DNA of 62,844 nucleotides from an uncultured Ectothiorhodospiraceae bacterium (GTDB taxonomy: Bacteria; Pseudomonadota; Gammaproteobacteria; SZUA-152). The DNA lies in the NCBI GenBank assembly GCA_964645165.1, contig CAZXZI010000002.1, positions 1-62,844 on the forward strand, in the 5' to 3' direction. The translations under genes and the position numbers were made by a program. The notes beneath the pieces were generated by a model that saw only the letters and a list, made by a program, of their open reading frames with translations, was not told where the DNA came from and did not search any database. Of this stretch, positions 54,693 to 62,537 are shown piece by piece. Every line of letters begins with the position of its first letter. Positions within the stretch are counted from its first letter, which is position 1.

Positions 54693-55631
54693 GTGTCTGT
54701 AATGGTGTACCGCTCATTTATATTGCCATGGACTCGTCTGGAAGAAGATGAAGGGCGGCTCAAGAAAATTGTCACGATTGCCTTGGCAGTGGCATTTATT
54801 TTTAGTGTGGTTGTGCCCTGGGTTCCCGTACCCAAAGTCGATAGGGACAAAGTGGAAGAGCTGCCACCGCGTCTGGCACAACTGTTGTTGGAAAAACAGA
54901 AGCCCAAACCAAAGCCCGCACCTAAAAAAGTAGAAAAGAAGAAAGAGAAGAAGAAAGAAAAAAAGAAGGTAAAGAAAAAAGAAAAACCGAAAAAGAAAAT
55001 TGAAAAACCAAAGGTTGATAAAGTAGCTGAGGCACGAAAGAAGGCAGCCTCTTCGGGTTTGTTGGCGTTCGCCGATGAGCTAGCTGATTTGCGCGATAAG
55101 CCGGTAGCCAAGTCATTGAACAAGAGCAGGCATTTGGCAAAGGGCGTCACTGCCGCCAAGGTGATGAAACGCAATATTCTGACCTCAGGTACGGCTGGTA
55201 GCGGCGGTATTGATACCTCCCATTTAAGTAGCGGCGTTGGCCGCAGCGCATTGGCCGGCCGTGAAACGACGCAAGTGGAAAGTCCGGTGGACATGGTGGC
55301 CAAGGCTGGCCCAAAAGTCTCTGGAGGAGGTTCTGGCAAACCTTCCCGATCTTACGAAGAAATTTCCCTGGTGTTTGATAAAAATAAAGGCGCAATCTAT
55401 TCGTTGTACAGTCGTGCTTTACGCAAGGATCCTACGCTGCAGGGTAAGGTGGTGCTGGAAATTACCATTGCATCGTCCGGCAGGGTAACATCCTGTAAAG
55501 TGATTTCCAGTGAGTTGAACGACAAACGACTGGAACATAAATTGGTTGCGCGGGTGAAATTGTTGAACTTTGGCTCACGGAATGTTGAGGTTATGGTGGT
55601 TACTTACCCCATCGACTTCCTGCCAACCTGA
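54693..55631 (+). CDS. TonB-like protein with a poly-Lys/Glu/Pro spacer and an AgmX/PglI-type C-terminal domain
   Basis: An N-terminal TM segment (IVTIALAVAFIFSVVVPWV) is followed by KPKPKPAPKKVEKKKEKKKEKKKVKKKEKPKKK. The C-terminus is IYSLYSRALRKDPTLQGKVVLEITIASSGRVTSCKV...VTYPIDFLP. The start is GTG 54693 or ATG 54702. Confidence 0.75.
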   Translation: MSVMVYRSFILPWTRLEEDEGRLKKIVTIALAVAFIFSVVVPWVPVPKVDRDKVEELPPRLAQLLLEKQKPKPKPAPKKVEKKKEKKKEKKKVKKKEKPKKKIEKPKVDKVAEARKKAASSGLLAFADELADLRDKPVAKSLNKSRHLAKGVTAAKVMKRNILTSGTAGSGGIDTSHLSSGVGRSALAGRETTQVESPVDMVAKAGPKVSGGGSGKPSRSYEEISLVFDKNKGAIYSLYSRALRKDPTLQGKVVLEITIASSGRVTSCKVISSELNDKRLEHKLVARVKLLNFGSRNVEVMVVTYPIDFLPT

Positions 55632-55660
55632 CTGCTGGGTGTTGCGCTAACGTTACTTGC

Positions 55661-56401
55661 TCAGACCGCAGTATTAAGAATATTTCCCAAGGCATCCCCT
55701 GCAGATGTGACTTGCTTGATGAGTTGCACAAGATCTTTTGATGCGTCTGGTGTCGTCTCGTGTGCCCCTGTGTCTTCTGTACCGTTCGCCCTGTTGTCAG
55801 TAACCACTTTTCCTTTAGTTAAGTCCGTTTCAGTCTTGCTGTAATCGTTTGGACTGCCCTCGGCATCTTCCGGCTTAAGGCGTTGTGCGAGTAACTCTGC
55901 GCGAGCCGATGTGGCCATTTGTGAAGCGGCAGAGGCGACGGCGCGATCAGCACCGGAAGGTTGAGATGGAGCGAGCGCGGCCGTCTGAATGCGTTGCGCT
56001 TTTAGCAGTGTTGCCTCGGGGTTTGCACCGGGTGACGTGTCGATACTGACTTCACCACTCACCGCATAGCGCTGCCCATCGGGTCCTTTGGTGTAACCAA
56101 AACTCGCACCCCCTCGGGCGAGTCCGCCAGCTGCCGCCAGGTGTGCCTGCTCGTGAGCGCGGACTTGACGATCGGTTTTTTTCAGTTCAGCAATAATGCG
56201 ATAGTCGGTGTCAGTCAGTTCTAGTTTATTAGTTTTTTGTTCCCCGTTTGTGGCGGCCTTTTCGGAGGTTTGCGTCGTATCAGCTGCTTTAGTGGGTTTA
56301 ATTGCGGCTTCTGGATCAGTGGGATTACTGGGCGCGACGAGGATCTTTGCGGACACTTGCAAGGGCGATGAAGGCGGGCGGGAAATGGCAGGTAGCTGCA
56401 T
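55661..56401 (-). CDS. SprA-related / putative metalloprotease (CJM1_0395-type) family protein
   Basis: IAELKKTDRQVRAHEQAHLAAAGGLARGGASFGYTKGPDGQRYAVSGEVSID... has the HEQAH motif in the family context. Confidence 0.7.
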   Translation of the reverse strand: MQLPAISRPPSSPLQVSAKILVAPSNPTDPEAAIKPTKAADTTQTSEKAATNGEQKTNKLELTDTDYRIIAELKKTDRQVRAHEQAHLAAAGGLARGGASFGYTKGPDGQRYAVSGEVSIDTSPGANPEATLLKAQRIQTAALAPSQPSGADRAVASAASQMATSARAELLAQRLKPEDAEGSPNDYSKTETDLTKGKVVTDNRANGTEDTGAHETTPDASKDLVQLIKQVTSAGDALGNILNTAV

Positions 56402-56451
56402 AGCTGTCCCCTAGGGGGCGTGCAATGACCTTCGTGTCAGGTGGTGAACGG

Positions 56452-56703
56452 TTAAGCAGTGACGTCCAGCAGACTGCCAATAATGGTGCTCACGCTTTCA
56501 ACCACTTTGCTGGAGGCCTTTATTTGCAGCTCATCCAGTTTCAGGTTGACCAGCGAAGAGGACACATCGACAGGTTGTCGAATCTGCTCGCTGCCCGTGC
56601 CTTCGTTGATGGCCTGCGCTATTGCGGAGGCATCACGACGCATGTTGCTAAGGCCTTGATTAATACCGTTAATACCGGTGTTTAGGGCTGTAATGCTCAT
56701 CAT
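56452..56703 (-). CDS. Mini protein (83 aa) resembling fused N- and C-terminal segments of flagellar rod/hook proteins
   Basis: The N-terminus MMSITALNTGINGINQGLSNMRRDASAIAQ and the C-terminus VDVSSSLVNLKLDELQIKASSKVVESVSTIIGSLLDV follow the Flg_bb_rod and FlgEFG C-terminal heptad patterns. This is pattern-level evidence only. Confidence 0.45.
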   Translation of the reverse strand: MMSITALNTGINGINQGLSNMRRDASAIAQAINEGTGSEQIRQPVDVSSSLVNLKLDELQIKASSKVVESVSTIIGSLLDVTA

Positions 56704-56826
56704 CGTAATCTCATGTTGCGATACGTCAGTTCGGTTTTCCGTGTTTAAAAACACAGCAACCGCTAACCTCTGTATCGTACAGCGCCCATTTCACTGTAGT
56801 GCATTTTGGCTGATTGGCAACCGGGC

Positions 56827-57384
56827 TTATTTGTGGCTATGCCGCCCCGGTTGCCACAGCACGTCGGCCTGTTCTGCCTGCTGATTGAGGTGGCGAGCCA
56901 GTACAAATAACAGGTCAGAAAGCCGGTTGAGATATTGCAGCGCAAGTGGAGAAACGGACTCGTTGCGCGCCACGCTGACTAGGCGGCGTTCGGCACGACG
57001 GCACACTGTGCGTGCCAGATGGCATGTAGCTGCTGCGGCGCAGCCACCCGGTAGAATAAATTCCTTTAAGGGCTTAAGCGTGGCATTCATATCATCAAGT
57101 TCATTTTCCAAACGGTTAACGTAATCCGCAGTCAGTGCCTCCCTGCCGGGGATGCATACCTCCCCGCCAAGATCGAACAGATCATGCTGGATGCCGGTTA
57201 ATAATGCTTGTGTATCCTCACCAATGTCATGAGTAAGTAGAAGACCAAAAAAGCTGTTCAATTCATCAATGTCGCCAAAGGCCTCCACACGCAAACTATC
57301 TTTTCCAGTACGACTGCCGTCACCCAGACCCGTCGAGCCATCGTCGCCCGTGCGGGTATAAATTTTAGAAAGACGATGTCCCAT
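56827..57384 (-). CDS. ATP:cob(I)alamin adenosyltransferase, PduO type
   Basis: KIYTRTGDDGSTGL, RVEAFGDIDELNS, LQHDLFDLGGE, FILPGG and LARTVCRRAER are present. Confidence 0.92.
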   Translation of the reverse strand: MGHRLSKIYTRTGDDGSTGLGDGSRTGKDSLRVEAFGDIDELNSFFGLLLTHDIGEDTQALLTGIQHDLFDLGGEVCIPGREALTADYVNRLENELDDMNATLKPLKEFILPGGCAAAATCHLARTVCRRAERRLVSVARNESVSPLALQYLNRLSDLLFVLARHLNQQAEQADVLWQPGRHSHK

Positions 57385-57462
57385 AGCCCTTTTCCTTAAA
57401 TACGCATGCGGAGTTGCTACGAGTATAATAACAGCCCGATGGAACAGTACCGAAAAAATAAA

Positions 57463-58344
57463 ATGAATGGCTTACAAATAATCGTATTTTGGCTTCTTGT
57501 GGTGTACTGGCCAATGGCGCAGGCTTTGTTGATTGTCACCGATGATGCGGGCAATAAGGTAACGTTGTTGCAACCGGCAAAACGTATTATCAGCCTGGCG
57601 CCCCACGTGACGGAGCTACTGTATGCTGCGGGCGCTGGTGACCGACTCGTCGGCGTGGTAGAGCACAGTGATTATCCGCCCGCCGCAAAAAAACTCCCGC
57701 GCGTGGGTTCCTACAATGCCCTCGACCTGGAAAGGATCGTTGCATTGCGACCGGATCTGTTGGTGATGTGGCAAAGCGGTACTTTACAGAGTCCCGTGCA
57801 AAAATTACGGAAAATGGGCATTCCCGTTTATGCCAGTGAACCACGTAAGCTGGAAGACATTGCACGCAATCTGCGTCAGCTCGGTATTCTGGCGGGTACG
57901 GAAAAGACGGCCCGGGCTGCTAGCAACCAATTCCTGAACACATTAAAAAAACTACGTACGCGTTACCGCACAAAAAAACCGGTGTGGGTGTTTTATCAAA
58001 TCTGGAATCGGCCGCTGATGACCATCAATGGTAAGCATATGATCAGTCAGATTATTGAACTTTGTGGGGGGCGTAATATATTTTCGGGCCTTTCTGCGCT
58101 CGCACCTAAGATAAGTCTGGAAGCGGTGCTGGCAAAAAATCCACAGGTGATTGTGGGCGGTAGTGTAGCCAAGGCCAACCCAAACTGGAAAAAAGATTGG
58201 AACAAGTGGCCGCAGTTAAGTGCGGTAAAAAACCAGGACATTTTTTATGTGAATCCTGATCATTTACAACGCCACACCCCACGTATTTTGCAAGGTGCCG
58301 AAGCGCTTTGCAGAAAATTAGAGGATGTACGCGAAAGACGTTAA
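57463..58344 (+). CDS. btuF: Periplasmic cobalamin-binding protein (BtuF-like)
   Basis: A signal peptide is followed by RIISLAPHVTELLYAAGAGDRLVGV, YNALDLERIVALRPDLLVMW and the class III SBP pattern. An alternative start lies at 57439. Confidence 0.8.
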   Translation: MNGLQIIVFWLLVVYWPMAQALLIVTDDAGNKVTLLQPAKRIISLAPHVTELLYAAGAGDRLVGVVEHSDYPPAAKKLPRVGSYNALDLERIVALRPDLLVMWQSGTLQSPVQKLRKMGIPVYASEPRKLEDIARNLRQLGILAGTEKTARAASNQFLNTLKKLRTRYRTKKPVWVFYQIWNRPLMTINGKHMISQIIELCGGRNIFSGLSALAPKISLEAVLAKNPQVIVGGSVAKANPNWKKDWNKWPQLSAVKNQDIFYVNPDHLQRHTPRILQGAEALCRKLEDVRERR

Positions 58345-58354
58345 CAGTTACTGT

Positions 58355-59080
58355 TCAACCATCGCGTAACTGGTAACTCACGGGTAAAAGCAGTTCCATC
58401 GCCTGCGACGGGCCGAAGCGGTTTGGCAGGTCAATAGCGTCCAGTTTGGCAATGGCGGCTACTGCAGAACGATCTAACAGCGAGTACCCCGAACTTTTAG
58501 CCAGTCGTACATGATTGAGTTGACCAAGATTATCGATGCGCAGAGAGACGATCACCTCTCCCTGCCAACCTCGACGACGTGCTCGTTGCGGGTAAGTTAA
58601 ATAACGGCTTAAACTATTTTGTATTTCGCCCAGCAAATAATTACGTTGTTGCAGTCTTTGTCTGCTTGGCGATGCCGGTTTGGCTAGAGCTGCGGTGGCG
58701 GTACTGTTTGTTGCCTGTTGTGCCGGTGGTATTTCTTCCTGCGTTTGTGGCGAGAGGGTGGCTTTATGGGAAGTCTTTGGCGTGGTCTTCTTAGCCGTAG
58801 CGACCTCTGCCAAGCTGACGGATTTAGCAATATAGCCAGTTTGTTCTGTAGCCGGAACGTGAGGGGTCGGGAGAGCTTTGGGTGGTGTGGTTGCTGTGAT
58901 CACCGTGCTGATGTAACGGGTGCCAAGCGGGCGTGCGGCTGTTTGCGTAACGGGGTCTTGTGACCACAGTAAGCTCAGGCCATGCACCAGGATAGAAATG
59001 ACAATAAAGGCGAGCAGTAGACTCGACGCGCTGTTATAACGTGCCGGTTTCACTGTCTCACCTTTATTGCAGAGTGCCAT
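58355..59080 (-). CDS. tonB: TonB family energy transducer, co-transcribed with btuB
   Basis: An N-terminal TM segment (LLLAFIVISILVHGL) and a Pro/Thr/Ala-rich spacer lead to the C-terminal YPQRARRRGWQGEVIVSLRIDNLGQL...SSGYSLLDRSAVAAI. The gene lies 8 nt after the btuB stop. Confidence 0.85.
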   Translation of the reverse strand: MALCNKGETVKPARYNSASSLLLAFIVISILVHGLSLLWSQDPVTQTAARPLGTRYISTVITATTPPKALPTPHVPATEQTGYIAKSVSLAEVATAKKTTPKTSHKATLSPQTQEEIPPAQQATNSTATAALAKPASPSRQRLQQRNYLLGEIQNSLSRYLTYPQRARRRGWQGEVIVSLRIDNLGQLNHVRLAKSSGYSLLDRSAVAAIAKLDAIDLPNRFGPSQAMELLLPVSYQLRDG

Positions 59081-59088
59081 CGGCGTGA

Positions 59089-61110
59089 TTACAGCTTACC
59101 TTCAAACGTGAAGAAAACGGCACGTTCAGGCAGTGGGTAGTAGGCGTTTCCAGAGGTTCGATAAACACCGAAATTGGCAGTCTTTATGTTGCCTGCATTC
59201 TGAATCTTGATGCGGCCTTTCCAGCCATTGAATTGTTGCGTGTAATTGAGATCCACGCGCGTGTAGGCGGGAAGCATTTTGCCAACATTGTTGTCGTCAT
59301 TGGCCAATGGGCGTTTACCGGTGTACACCGCATCCAGGCCAAATGTGCGGCTCTTGCCGAATTGATGCTGTCCGGAAAGGCTGAACTTGCTGTGTGGCAC
59401 CAGCGGCACGTCATTGCCATCGTAGGCGCCGGAGCGGAATGTCGCCTTGCGGTAGGCGTAACCTGCCTGTAGCGATGTTTGTTTGGAAATGGTCGTGCGT
59501 AGATTAATGTTTAGGCCATCGTGCCGGGTTTTGTCCAGGTTGACGTTGTTGAACGTAGCATTGTCATACGCGATTTCATCCTCAAGTTTGATGCGAAACA
59601 GGTTAACGTCTAGTTGCAGACCGCCTGCGAAACTTTGCCGGGTACCGATCTCGTAATGACGCCCGGTTTGTGGTTTGATTAGCGCAAAGCTGCCTGTGAA
59701 ATAATTCCACATTTCGTCAAACGCCGGTGTGCGGAAACTTTTGGCGATGCGCGCATAGTTACGGCCACCGTAATTGTGTTTGTGGGCAAGGGTGACGTCC
59801 CAGGACGTGATGCTGTCATCTCGCTTGTTGCTGGCTCCATCGGCAGTAAGTTTAATTTTTTGATGTCGAACACCCAGGCTCAGATCAGTATTTTTGCGTA
59901 AAACAATAGCGTTGGTGAAATAGGCCGCGTAACTTTCCTGTTTGGCATCCTGATTACTTAGGGATGTCCCAAATGTCGATATAGACAGAGAGTCAGCACT
60001 CAATTTACTGCGATAAAGATCAACGCCGCCGACAATACTATTATTGCCATAGTTACGATTGACGCGAGGGGTCAGTGAAATAGTTGTGAGGTCGGCTTCG
60101 CTTTCAAATAAACCAAAATCAGTAGAGACGTATTCCTGGTGTTTTTTACTAACGGCAAGTTCTGTTGCTAGGCTGTCACCGATGAGAAACCCTTCGATAC
60201 TGTTACGTGATTCCCTGGCCTTGTCTGCAGAATTGGCTACGGTCGGGTCTGTTCTGTAAGTTGCAGCATCCAGTGCGCCAGGCAAACCGGTTTTCTCCCG
60301 GCTGAGATTAACCCTCGCGCCATAATTCCAGTTAGCCTGCTCACGGCTGGCTTCACTGAACAGACTGAAGTTTTCGTAGGCATTGTTATCGCGATAGCCA
60401 TCTGACTTGATGCTATCCATGCTCAGGGTCAACGAAGTGTCACCCACGAGTTTGCGTAGATCGGTACTGATGCGTTGGGTCTGGAAGGAACCCGCCTGCA
60501 ACTTGATGCTGGCGTGCTCGCTGTCAAAGGCATTTTTGGTGACGATGTTGATGACGCCGCTGGTAGCATTATCGCCGTACAATACCGTGCCACTACCGTG
60601 GATAATTTCAATGCGTGCGATACTCTCTAGCGGGATGCTGGTCAGGTTGACGCCATCGAGATCGAGATCGTTAAGGCGACGGCCATTGAGAAGCATCAGC
60701 GTATTCTGGCTGCCGTTTTCACCAAAGCCGCCCATTTCAACTTTGGAACCGGCACCACCGATGCCGAACAGGGAGGTGACGCTGATGCCAGCCTGGTAGT
60801 TCAACACATCTTCCAGGGTATCGGCGCTGCTCTTGGCGATATCCTCTGCGGTGATGGTGGTGACATTCACCGGCGCGGTATCAATGCTGGTGGCAAAGCG
60901 TGTGGCAGTGACCACTACGGCTGGTGCGGTGGTGGTATCGTCAGCGGCCAGTGCGGAAGTGCTCATTATGTTGGCTGCAATCAGGCAGCTAACAGTAAAT
61001 AGATTCTTTTTATAAAGATTTTTATTCAGGTTTTTACAGAAGTTAAAACAGCGTGAAATAGAAAAATTTGAAATCAACAAGGTACTGCTCCCCAAAACAA
61101 TTGCACACAC
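59089..61110 (-). CDS. btuB: TonB-dependent outer-membrane receptor, vitamin B12 transporter (BtuB-like)
   Basis: A TonB box (VVVTATR) and plug motifs (IEIIHGSGTVLYGDNATSGVINIVTK) are present, with a C-terminal beta-barrel ending in F. The gene is preceded by a cobalamin riboswitch. The true start is probably internal (e.g. TTG at 61080). Confidence 0.85.
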   Translation of the reverse strand: MCAIVLGSSTLLISNFSISRCFNFCKNLNKNLYKKNLFTVSCLIAANIMSTSALAADDTTTAPAVVVTATRFATSIDTAPVNVTTITAEDIAKSSADTLEDVLNYQAGISVTSLFGIGGAGSKVEMGGFGENGSQNTLMLLNGRRLNDLDLDGVNLTSIPLESIARIEIIHGSGTVLYGDNATSGVINIVTKNAFDSEHASIKLQAGSFQTQRISTDLRKLVGDTSLTLSMDSIKSDGYRDNNAYENFSLFSEASREQANWNYGARVNLSREKTGLPGALDAATYRTDPTVANSADKARESRNSIEGFLIGDSLATELAVSKKHQEYVSTDFGLFESEADLTTISLTPRVNRNYGNNSIVGGVDLYRSKLSADSLSISTFGTSLSNQDAKQESYAAYFTNAIVLRKNTDLSLGVRHQKIKLTADGASNKRDDSITSWDVTLAHKHNYGGRNYARIAKSFRTPAFDEMWNYFTGSFALIKPQTGRHYEIGTRQSFAGGLQLDVNLFRIKLEDEIAYDNATFNNVNLDKTRHDGLNINLRTTISKQTSLQAGYAYRKATFRSGAYDGNDVPLVPHSKFSLSGQHQFGKSRTFGLDAVYTGKRPLANDDNNVGKMLPAYTRVDLNYTQQFNGWKGRIKIQNAGNIKTANFGVYRTSGNAYYPLPERAVFFTFEGKL

Positions 61111-61199
61111 CCGCGCGCATTATTTTTTATAAGTGTGTCAAATGACAATCGTGCATTGGGGAATTGTGGAAGGTCGAAGCAGAGCCGGAGCGCCTATCG

Positions 61200-61490
61200 C
61201 CCGCCATCGTCGCCCGCCGCAACGTTGTCTACGGTAGTACAGGCCGGTCTCCGGGCTTATGAGTGATTGCGCTTCCAGTGTTAGGAATAACAATCCGGCA
61301 GACGCCTTCCCGTGTGGGGATACCTTCGTTTGAAACGAGGGTATATCGATACACAGTGGCGTGTGGTCTGCCGCGTACTCAATTACCGTTGCGGGGGCAG
61401 CGCTGGAATGCGTGTTTTTCGGCATTGAAAATTCGCCGCGAAAAACAGGGTCACCAGCTTCCCGTTTCATCCTGCAAACGAAAGTTCGCG
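61200..61490 (-). promoter_or_regulatory. Cobalamin riboswitch (long-P6 type) in the btuB leader
   Basis: The minus strand reads GGGAAGCTGGTGA...ATTCCAGCGCTGCCCCCGCAACGGTAATT...GCCACTG...GGGAAGG...AAGCCCGGAGACCGGCC (B12 box at 61242-61258). Confidence 0.85.
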
Positions 61491-61729
61491 GGACACCTGA
61501 AACAGGCGGCTACTCTACCCTAAGTTAACCGGTTAAATCTACTGCGAGTGAGTCACCGGGTTAATTTTGGCTTGTGGATTACACGCCAGAGCACCAAGAC
61601 TGTTTGTGGGGAGAAAGGGTGTCATGAGTGGCGAGTGATTGTTTCGTCTCACTTTTTTGGCCGTTGTTGATCGTTGTTTCTGTTAAAAGAGTCTCAGGTT
61701 TTCTCCGTGAATTGCCGTATACAATAGGT

Positions 61730-62449
61730 ATGCACCGAATTTTGATTCTTAACGCCAAGGGCGGCTGTGGCAAAACCACCTTAGCCACCAACCTGGCCAG
61801 CTACTATGCAGATCAGGGTCACGTGACTGCATTGCTGGACTATGACCCGCAGGCTTCCAGCATGCGCTGGCTGAGTCTGCGCGACAGCGAGCGCCCGGCG
61901 ATTCATGGCATTGCCGCATATCAGCGGCGACGCGACGTGACCCGCGCCTTTCAGATGCGCCTGCCGGTGGAAGCGGAGCGGGTGATCATGGACGTGCCGG
62001 CGGGCGTCACCGGTCTGGGGCTGGTGGAGTACGTGCAGCGTGTCGATACGATTCTGCTGCCCGTGCTGGCCTCACCCATCGACATCCACGCAGCCGCGCA
62101 CTTTATTCAGGACTTGCTGCTGGTGGGCAAGATTCGCACCTCCGGGGTGCGGCTTGCGGTGGTGGCCAATCGGGTGCGCGAAAATACGCTGATCTTCAAA
62201 GATCTGGAACGGTTTCTTTCCACCCTCAAGCTGCCGCTGGTAGCTACGCTGCGGGATAGTCAGAATTACATCCGTGCCGCCGAGCAGGGGCTGGGTATTC
62301 ACGAGCTGGAAGCAAGTCGCACGAAATCGGATCGGGAACGCTGGACGCCGTTGGTCGAGTGGCTGGATGAAGTCGCCGAGGCGCTGCCGGAACGAGCTGG
62401 TTCTACTCAATTGGCGGGCGTGGTGCCTATTGCGAGTGCCGGGGGTTGA
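61730..62449 (+). CDS. Orphan ParA/MinD-like P-loop ATPase
   Basis: The start is MHRILILNAKGGCGKTTLATNLA (deviant Walker A), followed by DYDPQASS and VIMDVPAG. No parB is adjacent. Confidence 0.8.
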   Translation: MHRILILNAKGGCGKTTLATNLASYYADQGHVTALLDYDPQASSMRWLSLRDSERPAIHGIAAYQRRRDVTRAFQMRLPVEAERVIMDVPAGVTGLGLVEYVQRVDTILLPVLASPIDIHAAAHFIQDLLLVGKIRTSGVRLAVVANRVRENTLIFKDLERFLSTLKLPLVATLRDSQNYIRAAEQGLGIHELEASRTKSDRERWTPLVEWLDEVAEALPERAGSTQLAGVVPIASAGG

Positions 62450-62537
62450 TGATTGGGTAAAATCACGCCTGTCTATCATTAAAGGACTCTGATCCTTTTG
62501 GCTGGCTGAGGAACGAGCGTCGCTTTCGATGCGTTTG

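Noticed and set aside
54686-55339. A 217-aa minus-strand ORF opposite the TonB-like gene.
   Set aside because: It is the mirror image of the purine-rich Lys-codon tract (giving poly-Phe/Ser). It has no RBS and is implausible as a protein.
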